Part shown: positions 12,301 to 24,693 of the stretch, in pieces
Layout of the letters: each line of letters opens with the position of its first letter
How positions within the stretch are numbered: the first letter of the stretch is position 1
Assembly: GCA_964016885.1 (NCBI GenBank)
Contig: OZ024740.1
Span: 419,864,001-419,928,000 of the forward strand
Reading direction: 5' to 3'
Source: Eledone cirrhosa
Lineage: Eukaryota
Length of the DNA: 64,000 nucleotides
Notes under the pieces: generated by a model
The model's input: only the letters and a program-made list of their open reading frames with translations
The model's database searches: none
Told to the model about the DNA's origin: nothing
Position numbers and translations under genes: made by a program

Positions 12301-14808
12301 CTTTATTGTGCCTGTATTGTCACCTGTCTCTCTTAGTCTACTTTATGGTGCCTGTATTGTCACCTGTCTCTCTTAGTCTACTTTATGGTGCCTGTATTGT
12401 CACCTGTCTCTCTTAGTTTACTTTATGGTGCCTGTATTGTCACCTGTCTCTCTTAGTCTACTTTATGGTGCCTGTATTGTCACCTGTCTCTCTTAGTCTA
12501 CTTTATGGTGCCTGTATTGTCACCTGTCTCTCTTAGTCTACTTTATGGTGCCTGTATTGTCACCTGTCTCTCTTAGTCTACTTTATGGTGCCTGTATTGT
12601 CACCTGTCTCTCTTAGTCTACTTTATGGTGCCTGTATTGTCACCTGTCTCTCTTAGTCTACTTTATGGTGCCTGTATTGTCACCTGTCTCTCTTAGTCTA
12701 CTTTATTGTGCCTGTATTGTCACCTGTCTCTCTTAGTCTATTTTATGGTGCCTGTATTGTCACCTGTCTCTCTTAGTCTACTTTATGGTGCCTGTATTGT
12801 CACCTGTCTATCTTAGTCTACTTTATGGTGCCTGTATTGTCACCTGTCTCTCTTAGTCTACTTTATGGTGCCTGTATTGTCACCTGTCTCTCTTAGTCTA
12901 CTTTATGGTGCCTGTATTGTCACCTGTCTCTCTTAGTCTACTTTATGGTGCCTGTATTGTCACCTGTCTCTGTTAGTCTACTTTATGGTGCCTGTATTGT
13001 CACTTGTCTCTCTTAGTCTACTTTATGGTGCCTGTATTGTCACCTGTCTCTGTTAGTCTACTTTATGGTGCCTGTATTGTCACTTGTCTCTCTTAGTCTA
13101 CTTTATGGTGCCTGTATTGTCACCTGTCTCTCTTAGTCTACTTTATGGTGCCTGTATTGTCACCTGTCTCTCTTAGTCTACTTTATGGTGCCTGTATTGT
13201 CACCTGTCTCTGTTAGTCTACTTTATGGTGCCTGTATTGTCACCTGTCTCTCTTAGTCTACTTTATGGTGCCTGTATTGTCACCTGTCTCTCTTAGTCTA
13301 CTTTATGGTGCCTGTATTGTCACCTGTCTCTCTTAGTCTACTTTATGGTGCCTGTATTGTCACCTGTCTCTCTTAGTCTACTTTATGGTGCCTGTATTGT
13401 CACCTGTCTCTGTTAGTCTACTTTATGGTGCCTGTATTGTCACCTGTCTCTCTTAGTCTACTTTATGGTGCCTGTATTGTCACCTGTCTCTCTTAGTCTA
13501 CTTTATGGTGCCTGTATTGTCACCTGTCTCTCTTAGTCTACTTTATGGTGCCTGTATTGTCACCTGTCTCTCTTAGTCTACTTTATGGTGCCTGTATTGT
13601 CACCTGTCTCTCTTAGTCTACTTTATGGTGCCTGTATTGTCACTTGTCTCTCTTAGTCTACTTTATGGTGCCTGTATTGTCACCTGTCTCTCTTAGTCTA
13701 CTTTATGGTGCCTGTATTGTCACCTGTCTCTGTTAGTCTACTTTATGGTGCCTGTATTGTCACCTGTCTCTCTTAGTCTACTTTATGGTGCCTGTATTGT
13801 CACCTGTCTCTGTTAGTCTACTTTATGGTGCCTGTATTGTCACCTGTCTCTGTTAGTCTACTTTATGGTGCCTGTATTGTCACCTGTCTCTGTTAGTCTA
13901 CTTTATGGTGCCTGTATTGTCACCTGTCTCTCTTAGTCTACTTTATGGTGCCTGTATTGTCACCTGTCTCTGTTAGTCTACTTTATGGTGCCTGTATTGT
14001 CACCTGTCTCTGTTAGTCTACTTTATGGTGCCTGTATTGTCACTTGTCTCTCTTAGTCTACTTTATGGTGCCTGTATTGTCACCTGTCTCTGTTAGTCTA
14101 CTTTATGGTGCCTGTATTGTCACTTGTCTCTCTTAGTCTACTTTATGGTGCCTGTATTGTCACCTGTCTCTCTTAGTCTACTTTATGGTGCCTGTATTGT
14201 CACCTGTCTCTCTTAGTCTACTTTATGGTGCCTGTATTGTCATCTGTCTCTGTTAGTCTACTTTATGGTGCCTGTATTGTCACCTGTCTCTCTTAGTCTA
14301 CTTTATGGTGCCTGTATTGTCACCTGTCTCTCTTAGTCTACTTTATGGTGCCTGTATTGTCACCTGTCTCTGTTAGTCTACTTTATGGTGCCTGTATTGT
14401 CACCTGTCTCTCTTAGTCTACTTTATGGTGCCTGTATTGTCACCTGTCTCTCTTAGTCTACTTTATGGTGCCTGTATTGTCACCTGTCTCTCTTAGTCTA
14501 CTTTATTGTGCCTGTATTGTCACCTGTCTCTCTTAGTCTACTTTATGGTGCCTGTATTGTCACCTGTCTCTCTTAGTCTACTTTATGGTGCCTGTATTGT
14601 CACCTGTCTCTGTTAGTCTACTTTATGGTGCCTGTATTGTCACCTGTCTCTGTTAGTCTACTTTATGGTGCCTGTATTGTCACCTGTCTCTCTTAGTCTA
14701 CTTTATGGTGCCTGTATTGTCACCTGTCTCTGTTAGTCTACTTTATGGTGCCTGTATTGTCACCTGTCTCTCTTAGTCTACTTTATGGTGCCTGTATTGT
14801 CACCTGTC
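6361..14808. repeat. 40-bp satellite, ~211 copies (cacctgtctctcttagtctactttatggtgcctgtattgt)
   Basis: Exact 40-bp phase is kept over 8.45 kb, with substitutions only. Confidence 0.99.
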
Positions 14809-14829
14809 ATCTGCAGTTACCAATCCATA

Positions 14830-15100
14830 AGTCTAAAGTTTGTCTCAAGCCCAGAGGCTCATCAGGCCAGTGTTTATCCCAGTTGCCATGGCAGGAAGCA
14901 ACTGAGAGTATAAGGCTACCTCTGGACAGGATGCTAGTCCATCACAGGGTTAAACCCCCAGCTATTGTTGGTACTGATATTCAGCTGAGTACACTGGAGC
15001 AATGTGAAATGAAGTGTTTTGCTCAAGAACACAACACACAATCCAGCCCAGGAATTGAACCCACAACATTATGATCATAGTCCAACACCATTACCACTAC
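14830..15100 (-). mobile_element. Degenerate tRNA-derived SINE with a CORE-like body (family C)
   Basis: The minus strand has B box GGGTTCAATTCC followed by gttcttgagcaaaacacttcatttcacattgctccag. Confidence 0.75.
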
Positions 15101-15207
15101 AGTTTCAGATTGTGTATAAAGGGCTGTACTTATGACTGGACCAATAAACTGCAATGTTGGGGCTTCAGCCTATTTGAAATAGCTCTTTACAGTCACAACA
15201 TTAGAGT

Positions 15208-15830
15208 TACTCTCAGGTCTCAAACAGTAGGAGGGATGGGGGTGCAATAAGTGAGGGTGGTGCTGGTGGTGGAAAATCCGTCATTTTTCTAGGTTGTCTC
15301 CATTGATTTGTTTAAAAACCAGAATTAGCTGTTTAGTTTACATATTGAGACCCCAACCCACCCTGTTTATTTTATAATGTATGGGATTTCTAGTAATGTA
15401 CTTTTTTTGTGATGTATGTTTTTTAATGTCTAAAAAAAATTGAAATAAAATTTCACTGAATATAGATTAGCAAAATTTTATAAGCAGGGGTTGTTGTTGT
15501 GTTACAGCTCACACCTATGCAGGTTTAGCTGGCCCCCTCCAAGGTATATCTCATTGGAGGTGTCTTGGATGATTTAATGATAGTGACCCCAGTCCTATCA
15601 TCTCATTTCTGCAGGTGAGTAAACTGGAGCAACGTGAGATAAAGTGTCTTGCTCAAGGAAACAACATATCACCCGGTCCGAGAATTGAACTCACAACCTT
15701 TCGATTGCAAGCCTAATGCTCTAACCACTAAGCCATGTGCCTTCACAAGGGGGTGTTGAAATAAGAACAGGGGAGGGGTTGGGAAAAAATCTGAAAAATT
15801 AATAAGTGGGGGTGTGGGGACGATTATACA
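15208..15830 (-). mobile_element. Non-autonomous DNA-transposon-like repeat (family D), interrupted by a SINE B head (~15580-15748)
   Basis: Reverse-complement homology to 52130-52450 and to 35600-35785 plus 37114-37255. The termini begin ta-ctct(c/t)(a/g)ggtctc. Confidence 0.6.
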
Positions 15831-16143
15831 GTGTCATGTCACTAACAAAAAGTATTGTAGTATTGGTTTAGGTTATCTTCCACATGAGTAAAGCTACATA
15901 ATAACAATAATTTGTTAATCCTTACACAAACCCTACTACTAGACTCTACCTACATAGTCATCATCATCATCACACTAACCTACACACCATTATAATAGTA
16001 ATAATAACATTGAAGAGATAAACAGGGATGGTGGTTTCTATATCTGGCGAGACAATAGTTTTTGATTTTCATTCAGCATAGTTTTAGCAGGAGAAAAAGA
16101 TAATCAATAAGATAAATTGATTTATTTTCAAATGCCATATACC

Positions 16144-16365
16144 TGTGTGTGTGTGTGTGTGTGTGTGCATGCGTACTGTCCCACCTATACCTGTGTGTGT
16201 CTGTGTATGCACCTGTATATGTGTGTGTGTGCACATGTGTGTCTGTGTATGCATGTGTGTGTGTGTGCACGTGTGTCTGTATGCACATGTATATGTGTGT
16301 GTATGTGTATGCACACGTGTGTATGTGTATGCACGTGTGTGTGTATATGCGTACTGTCCCACATA
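16144..16365. repeat. (GT)n/gtatgcac microsatellite
   Basis: Read directly. Confidence 0.9.
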
Positions 16366-16481
16366 ACATTTCAAAACAACAAACACCACAAAAATTTATA
16401 ATATGAAATATGAAATTATACAAATTATACTTGAAGTTTTCTTTCTCGTTACTGATTTCTTAATTAATTACTAGTTAAATA

Positions 16482-16716
16482 ATGGTTTCTGATTTAAGTA
16501 CAAGGTCAGCAATTTTGGGAGCAGGGAAAGTTGATTAAATTGACCTCCTTGCATTACTGGTACTTTATTTTACCCCCCCCCCCCCCCCCCCCCCATCCCT
16601 CCCTGTAAGGATAAAAAGTAAAGCTAACCTTGACAGGATTAGAACTCGGAATGTAAAGGGTTGTAACTCTATGCCACAAAGTATGTTGTCCGATGCTCTA
16701 CTGATACTGCCAATCC
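16482..16716 (-). mobile_element. Older SINE A variant
   Basis: Homology to the SINE A body and termini. Confidence 0.75.
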
Positions 16717-17414
16717 TAGGTAAATCATAGAAGACAACTAGAATACTTCTTGAGAACAATATTGTTGGAAAAGTAATAAATTTCTGGAATTATCTGCCAA
16801 TATCTGTTGTATTAAACTATGTACACATATATGGTCCCGTAACTCCTGAGGGAGTCGTAGGGGTGCCACATTGGGATATGGTGTTTCTACAGCATTTTTT
16901 ATACCTGGCGGGGCCCATCTCCTCTCCAGGTATGAATACAGCACACTTCTCTTCCAGAGAAACATAGAGATTGAGAGAGAGTGAATGAAAATAAGAAATA
17001 GATATTTAGGTATTTTTTTATCGACCTTGAATAGATGAAAGGCAAAGCTGACCTCAGTGGGATTTGAACTCAGAGAGCTGGAACTGAGACCATAAAGTAT
17101 TCTGACATTCTAACGACTCTACAGATTTGCTGCTTCATTCTTTTATTTACTAAACTTATAAATGAAGCTGATCAGTTTTAACAGGGAACAGGGAACCAAA
17201 ACAAAGAGATATAGAGGAAGAATCAACCCCAGTACTAGACTGGTACTTTTTTATCAACCTCGAATGGATGAAAGGCAAAGTTGACCTCGGTGGGATTTAA
17301 ACTCAGAGAACAGAGATCTGAAATAAATACCACAAACATTCTAACGTTCTAATGACTCTGTCAATTTGCTGCCTGTAAGTCTACAGATAGGGATCATTAT
17401 ATCTTATAGTTGTG

Positions 17415-17636
17415 GATTGGCAGTATCGGTAGAGAGTCGGACGCCATGCTAGGGCGGTGGATTGGCAGTATCGGTAGAGAGTCGGACGCCATGCTTTCCA
17501 GCATAGTTACGTCCCTTTACGATCTGAGTTCAAATCCCGCCGAGGTTGACTTTGCCTTTCATCCTTACGGGGTCGATAAAATAAAGTACCAGTAATACAC
17601 TGGGTAATTGCTGGCCTTGTGCCTAAAGTAGAAACA
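17415..17636 (+). mobile_element. SINE A with a duplicated 5' head and a 19-bp TSD
   Basis: TSD attatatcttatagttgtg at 17396-17414 and 17637-17655. The head gattggcagtatcggtagagagtcggacgccatgct is present twice. Confidence 0.9.
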
Positions 17637-18280
17637 ATTATATCTTATAGTTGTGTTTTCACTCACTAATACCTTATCAATAATCTTGAATAATGTGAAT
17701 ATTGAATTAAAAAACCCAGTTTTACTTCTCAGATACTTTCCAAGTTTAACTTTATTTGCTGTTACTTTCCTCAATCATATATTTGGTTTTCTCATTTTAT
17801 CTTTATTTGAATTTTTCTGTTTCACAGAAACTATTCTTTGCAATCAATACACTGGTGTTAACTCCATCAGGGTTAGATAAACATTGATATTTTCATATTC
17901 TGATATCCACTTTTGCTATCTCACCTTTCTAATTTTGTTGTTGTTGTTTTTGTAACACATTTTTTGCTCCATGCCATGAATGATGTGAAGTATAACAGGT
18001 GTAAGCTAATTTAAACGTCTCAGTTGTCTTTTTGATTCTACTGGATAACCTTGTCTTTGTGCTAAAGAAAAACAATCCTGCAAGACACTATATGTATGTT
18101 TTATCAGTTGACTGATCAACCCAAGCTGTGCTGTTTAATCTACTGAGTCATTTGATCTGTTAGATGGAACATGAACAGTAGCAAAACAGACAAAAAAATA
18201 TCACAAATTAGCTGAAATGTACTCACACAATAACTACATATTACTGCTTCATTACATGCAATGATGATGATGATAATAAT

Positions 18281-18458
18281 AATTGTTTCTACTTTTGGCA
18301 CAAGGCCAGCAAATTACCCAGTACATTACTGGTACTATATTTTATCGTACCCCGTAAGGATGAAAGGCAAAGTTAACCTCGACGGGATTTGAACTCAGAC
18401 CGTAAAGGAAGATAATTATGCTAGAAAGCATGGTGTCCAACCCTCTACCGATACCACC
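18281..18458 (-). mobile_element. SINE A
   Basis: Homology to 3824-4010, with an (att)n tail. Confidence 0.9.
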
Positions 18459-18473
18459 CTTATGATGATAATA

Positions 18474-18560
18474 ATTTCTTTATAGACCACAAAGGCCTAC
18501 ACATAGGGGACAATACAATAGACAGAGACAAAGGGAGTCTACATATATAACGTGTAAAAT
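18474..18560 (-). mobile_element. Short 3'-terminal relic of a Tx1-related LINE
   Basis: atttctttatagaccacaaaggcc matches the Tx1 3' end atttctttattggccacaagggct at 18793. Confidence 0.6.
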
Positions 18561-18587
18561 ATTAATAATAACAAGAAGAATAAGAAG

Positions 18588-18772
18588 AATTGTTTCTACT
18601 ATAAGCATAAGGCTAGCAATTTTTGAGGGAAAGTCGATTAAATCAACCCTAGTGCATTACTGGTACTTTATTTTATCAACCCCGTAAGAATGAAAAGCAA
18701 AGCTAACCTCGGCGGGATTTGAAAACTCTATGCTGCACAGCATGCTGTCTGACACTCTACCGATACTGCCAA
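18588..18772 (-). mobile_element. SINE A variant
   Basis: Homology to SINE A. Confidence 0.85.
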
Positions 18773-19084
18773 TAACAATAATAATAATAATGATTTCTTT
18801 ATTGGCCACAAGGGCTGACATCAAGAAAAACATCACAGACGGAACAGGACGGTACGATGTGGGTTTTGTGCGTGTAAATATTTTTATTATTTATATAAGA
18901 AAAGAAAAAAGACATAAAACATATATATATATATATAAACAATAAAATGAAAATTGAAACAATGAAAAATTCCCCAATAGGGGGGAAACCTCCGAGGGTT
19001 ACTCGTGGCGAAAACCACACAAAAGACCACGGCCACCTTGACTACCAGGGCAAGCGCCCTCTCTCAATTTTTCCATCTCTCAAA

Positions 19085-22000
19085 CTACAGACGTATATTC
19101 AGAGTGGTCCCGTTCACTCGGACCATTCTCGCTACATTCACCCACCTTTCAACAAACTTGCTAGAAAGCAGCACTTGCCTCTCCACCCTGATTTTCCTCT
19201 TCAAGTGAAACTTGAAAAAGTTAATCAGGGATTCGCCGAAGAGGAAAGTGTTTGTCTTTAATCCTTTTAACCTTGTCCACCACACAATCTCTTTCGCCAT
19301 GGCCACCAGGCAGATGAAAACCGCCTGCCCTTCCTCCTCAAAGGAAGACGGCGAGACCATCTGCACAATGGACTCAGTCGACAACCGGATCAGTCCCACA
19401 CGTGACAGCAACTGTTCGACATAGCTCCACAAGTCAGCAATGCTCGGGCACTGAACGAGTGCGTGCACAACGGTTTCATCGCTATGCGCGCATCTCGGAC
19501 AGGCTCGGCTGACGGCACTTCCGTGCCTGTAGAGCTTATCTCGAACCGGCAGCGCTCCCCGGTAGCACTGCCAGGCCAGGGATTTTTGGAAGTTATCCAT
19601 AGGCCCCGGGCTGAAAGTACTCCGGAAGAGAGCAAGCAGCTGATCTTCTTCGACGCCCAGGATCTCTCCGAGAGCGTTGTCGCTCTTCCCCTCCACTAGT
19701 CCTCTATAGAACGCCGAGGTGGATGTTCCACTGATACTGGTGCCCAACTGGGAGAGGGCAGTGAGCGCCTGGAGACATTCCAGTTTCCAAGCGCTATCCC
19801 TTGGTCCTTTTCTGACCCAGGATTGCAGCTCCGTCAAGGAGACGAGCTGTGGGAAAATGTGCATGGCGAACGGCGACCACACCCGTTCACCATCAAGGAA
19901 GCACCAGAGATGTCGCAGCCTCAGCGCATGTTTGCGTATCATCAGCCATGGCATGCCCAGTCCTCCACGCAACGGGTGTTGACAGCAGATGGATCGTCTG
20001 ACCATGGGAGCGCGTCCCTTCCACAAAAAGCGGAAGAGGAGGCGCTCCATTTTGGGGAGAGTTGGACTGGAGCAAGGGACGACGGTGAGGTGGTAGCAGA
20101 TGACGGATGCGATGTACGCATTCGCCACCTCCGCCCGGCCTTTCAGGGACAGCTTCCTCTCAGCCCATTTCTGGGTGAGGGAGGCCACCCTGCTCGTCAC
20201 CTCGTTCCAGTTTTTCTCCATCTGGAGATCCGGTCCGAACCAGACCCCGAGCAATTTAACCGGTCCGTCCGTCCAACGCCCCATGACGTTGTCGGACGGC
20301 ATGGACTTGCCTCTCCAGGTGTCGAGCTGCAAGCCCACCGACTTTTCCTGGTTTATCTTTGCTCCTGTCACCGCTTCGTATTCCTTGAGAGCAGTGCCGA
20401 GCATCTGGACGTGTCTGGTGCTCGACACCACCATGGTGACGTTGTCAGCGTAAGCCGACTCGGATTTCCCGCATCCTAGTTCGCGTGGGATGCCCCTCAT
20501 CGCCCCCAGTTTGTGCAGTAACGGCTCGAGAGCCAATACGTACAACCCTGGCGGACTGAGCGCATGATGCTGAACGGCTGCGACAGGTGATCGTTCACCC
20601 TCACAACTGAGCAGATGTCGCTGTACATTGCTGCGATCCAACGCCTGAAAACGGGCCCGAAACTGGCTGCCTCGAGGACCGCCGCCAGGTACCGATGGTC
20701 GACCCTATCGAATGCTTTGGATTGATCCAAGTTGATCAGGGCCCCACCCTTGCCAGGTTCCTTAACCACCCTCTCTATGATGTATCGCATGAGGTGGAGG
20801 TTGTCGTGTATGGATCTGTCCGGGATGGCGCATGTCTGCGCCTCTCCCACCAGACCCTTGATGACAAGCGCCAACCTCGTTGCTAACACCTTGGCCAAAA
20901 TCTTGAACTCTGCGTTTAGCAGAGTTATGGGCCTGAAATTATCAATAACATCCCCCTTGTTCGGGTCTTTTCTCAGTAGCGCTACTGCTCCCCGGCTCAC
21001 AAAACTGGGAATGCTCCCGTTCTGCTGCCAGTTGCAGTAGACGTCTGCCAAGAGGTCACCGAACAAGTCTGGCATAAATGCATAAAGCTCGTAGGGCAGA
21101 CCATCTAAACCTGGCGATTTACCCCTTGTGCAGTTAGCCATCGCTTCCCGTATTTCACCGGCTGTTATTGGCTTTTCGCAACACTGTGCTGCAGTCGTCG
21201 AGAGCCGAGGCAGTCTGTCGAGGTATGCACTGAAGTCCATGTCCCGATCCGGGCCGCCGCCGCTCCCGAACAGTTCAGCAAAGTGCTGCTGAAAAGCTTC
21301 ACACATCCGCTCGGGTTCGAGCACCACGCACCCGTTTTGGTCAGACAAAGACCGAATTGTGACTTTATTGCCACGTCGCGCCTCTGCCACCCGGGCCCAT
21401 TGGACGGCTTTTGTCCCCTCGTGTTTCAGAGCACGCGCTCTAGCTCTGACAACGCAGCCTTCGTTTTTTGCGTTGAAGAATTGGTTGAGTGCCAATCCCG
21501 CCGCAAGCACGTCGGTTGCGATGCCTGTCCTAAACGCTTCTTCTAGCTTTCTGACTAGCTCTCCCTCTACTCTATTTTCCTCTATCACTACTCCTTTGCT
21601 AAACCTAATCAACTCTACTTTAATTGCCCTTTTCAGGGCGAACCACCACCTGTTGTTGACGACCGCTCCCGTCAACACCTGCTTAACTAATACGCTAATC
21701 CGGTCTCTGTAGGCCTTGCGCGCCGGGAAAGACGCGTTCAGCTTCCAGTAACCAGGCCCTTGTCTATGAAGTCTGTCTATGTCGATCTCACAGATCACAC
21801 ATTTGTGGTCTGTGTAGTCGACTATTTTAAATTGTGGACAACTTACACTAGCCTTATCTAGTTCCCTGCAGAATACCCTATCTAGATACGATCTGGATGA
21901 CCCGATGCGGTTTGTCCATGTCCACATTGGCACATTCGGGTGATCCAGTCGATACCTGTCAGACAGTTCAAAACGTCTGAACAGGTTGGTGAGGCTCTTG

Positions 22001-22463
22001 CACCCTCCTCCCCTATCCACTAGCCCCACACGATCCCAGCGTGCATCCAAGATACCGTTCCAGTCGCCCACTAACACTAAAGAGCGGGACGTCTGAAGAA
22101 ATCTGGCCGTCCTGCTCCTGTTGGGGCGTAGACGGCTACTAGCCTGAAAGCATTGCCTTCGCTGCCGGTCACGTCCAGCACCACCGACTTATCTTCTGGG
22201 GCCAGGAAGATGGCCCGTATCGCGAGATCCAAGCCTCTCCAAAAAAGGACGGCAACTCCTCCCCCCGATCCTGGACGGCTGGGAGATGCGTATACATCGT
22301 AGCCGCCGAAGATCGGTGCGAAGGCCCGTGCCTCGGAGATTCTGGTTTCACTGATGGCCACCACATCTATGTTTAGTGACCTGAGGTCATTGAGCGGGTG
22401 ACCCTGCTTCCAAGATGACCCCAGACCACGTGCATTTATACTTCCTATTCTGAGTACAGCCAT
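19085..22463 (-). pseudogene. Tx1 ORF2 (APE endonuclease, RT, C-terminal zinc finger) with two frameshifts
   Basis: APE motifs SINARGL, ISET, VYAP, GDWN, YLDR and TDH. RT motifs KSPGLDG, NFRPITLLN, DQSKAFDRVDH and VRQGC, with YADN in place of YADD. C-terminal CPRC..ETVVHALVQC. Frameshifts near 22085 and 20545, the latter deleting the usual PLSPL. Confidence 0.92.
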
Positions 22464-22495
22464 GTTGGATGAGAAACGGGGCAAATGAGAAAGGG

Positions 22496-24463
22496 TCACT
22501 TACCTTGTTCGTGTGGTGAAGGGACAGTAGAACCGTCCCTTTCGCTGGTCATGGGTGTTTCCAAGAGGATGTCAGTGTATATCCTCTTGGTAACCGCCCC
22601 TTTGAAGTCTCCAACTGCGTTGGGGAATTTTTGTTTTAAAGGTTTGTATTCTAATGAGATTTCAATGATGCTTATGTTTGTCGGGAGAGTTCTTGGTGCT
22701 GTTGGGGTGTAGTAATTTTTTTCCGTGATGTCTGTGTGCTGCTTTATATATTTTATGAGTTCTTTTTTTGCTATGTTTATGGCTGTGTACTTTTGGGGGG
22801 GAGGGGTGATTTTGTTGCCGTTTTCTTCTTGTTGCTGTTTGGTGTGTGTGTCTTGTTGTGTTTGCGTTGTTGGTGTTTGTGGTGGTGTTGCTGCAAGTTT
22901 CCTTGCTGCCTTTACCCCTCTTTGTATGCCTTCGCTTTTGGAGGGTGAATCTAAGGTTTTTTTTCTTTTTTCTTTTTTGTGGCAGACTGTTTGCCACGTC
23001 ACTCCCGCCTCAAACTCCATGTCGGCGTCTGGGAGGGGTATGTGCTCCACGGCTGTTGGTGGTGGTAGTGGAGCCCTCTTCGGCAATGTTGTTGCTGGTG
23101 TAGCTATTTAAAATGTAACTATTGGTGTTGCCGCTACTGATGATGCTGCTTTAGTTATCCGTGGCCTTGGTACGGGTGCTACGGACGTTGCCCTCCTACT
23201 CACCGTGGAAGGGGCTTCTTCGTTTGTTGCCTGTCCTGCTCTTGGTAGCAGCGGACCAGGTATTGGAAGGAGAGGGGCCCTCTTCGGTGTCTTCTGCGGG
23301 CAAAAGGCCCTGAGGTGACCTTTCGACCCACAGAGATAACATTTTGGCCGTCTTCCTTCTACACTTATAGGGAGTTGGAGTCCTTCCTCAAAGTCTATGA
23401 TATCGGGGATAGCCTCGATACATTCTTGGTCAGTTTGTATAAGCATTTGCATGCCTATACCTGACCAGTTCTTTCTCCCTATTTTTTCTACTTGCAGCAT
23501 GGTCGCCCTGTTCTCAATTCCAGCAAGGACAGACGCGGCCAGCCAAGGTATGGGCACGTCGGGTGGGACCTGGGTCACTTTGACCCTCACAATTTTCTGC
23601 CCGCAGTAGGAGGGCACCAAGACTAACTCCTCACTCTTTAGGGTTTCCAAAGAGTGAGACTTTGCTTCCTGGGGGGTGGCGAAAAGTACGTCTACTGTGG
23701 CGTACTTTCTGCCTCGGGTGATGTGGGTTTTGCGTGCCCAGACGCACCCCAAGGCCTTTTGGATTTGAGCCTCCGTGACTCTCTCCACTCGATGTGAGAT
23801 TTTGCTTACGGTGCGGTAAGTCACCGTTCGTAGCTGCTGGTCCTTGAAAAAATCGGGTGGAGGTTTCAGGGAAACTCTATTTGCGCTTCTTGTCACCATG
23901 GCCCTTGCCATCTCCTCCTCTGTGACTAACACTGTCTCGATATTTCGGGCGACACCTGCAAAAGAAGTGGTCCCTTTTTCAGTAGCACCACTATTGCTGC
24001 CGCTACTGGTCTTACTGGTGGTGCTGAGGTCGCTATTACAGGTATCGGTGTCATTGTTGTTCTTTTCGCTGGCACAGTTGTTGGGGTTGTTTTCGTTGAT
24101 ACTGTGGCTGTTGTTATTATTGTTGTTTTTGTTGATACTGTTCCTACTATTATTGTTGTTGTGGCTGTTGTTATTGTCATTGTTATTGTCGTTCTCGACC
24201 TTACCGCTGTTATTTTTGTTATTGTCGTTCTCGACTTTACCGCTGTTATTTTTGGTGTTGTTGTTGGTGATGTTGTTGGTGTTATTGTTGTTGTTTGTGT
24301 TAGAAATATTTGGTAATTTTAAATCTGTAACAATCTTTTTTTCCTTTGTAATATTTTCGTTTATATTTACCTCCGCTAGAACGCTGTCTTGTTGACATGC
24401 TAATAAAGTCTCCCTCTCTCTGTGTTCTCTGACAGCGCTCTCTCTCTTTTTTGTGTTATCCAT
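22496..24463 (-). pseudogene. Tx1 ORF1 (gag-like) with an Asn-rich N-terminus, a CX2CX4HX4C knuckle and one in-frame stop
   Basis: Knuckle CYLCGSKGHLRAFC. ORFs 23108-24478 and 22496-23086 share one frame, separated by TAA at 23108-23110. Confidence 0.85.
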
Positions 24464-24693
24464 GTTGAAATTTTTCAAAAATTATTTTTACACAAATACG
24501 AATACGACACCCCGTAAAGGGGTGCCGTATTATTTACTAGTGAACCCCTGTATTAGGTGGGTCACTTCTTCTAAACTTTTATCAAATTTAAAACTTGAAT
24601 AAAAGGTTTAGAACGGTTGAAAAAGAGGTAAAACGTTGAAAAAGACTGGAGGCGATAAGAAGCGTGGCTTCACCAACCAATAATAATAATAAT

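Larger units (their letters stand above)
18793..24678 (-). mobile_element. Full-length L1/Tx1-clade non-LTR retrotransposon (disrupted) inserted in (ATT)n
   Basis: 5' UTR, ORF1 with a CCHC knuckle, ORF2 APE-RT-zf, and a 3' UTR ending AATAAAGAAATC(ATT)n. (AAT)n tracts flank both ends. Confidence 0.92.

Noticed and set aside
6361-14808. CRISPR-like array or coding repeat
   Set aside because: There are no unique spacers and no cas genes. The 40-bp period cycles a TAG through all frames, so the short ORFs are artefacts.
14835-14870. CUGAUGA-gcc-tctg-ggc on the minus strand as a hammerhead
   Set aside because: It is followed by UUGAGAC rather than GAAA, has no stem I partner and lies in a SINE tail.
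19463-24395. Plus-strand ORFs over the Tx1 element, including the 183-aa Leu-rich ORF
   Set aside because: These are antisense shadows of ORF1/ORF2 and of the Asn tract.
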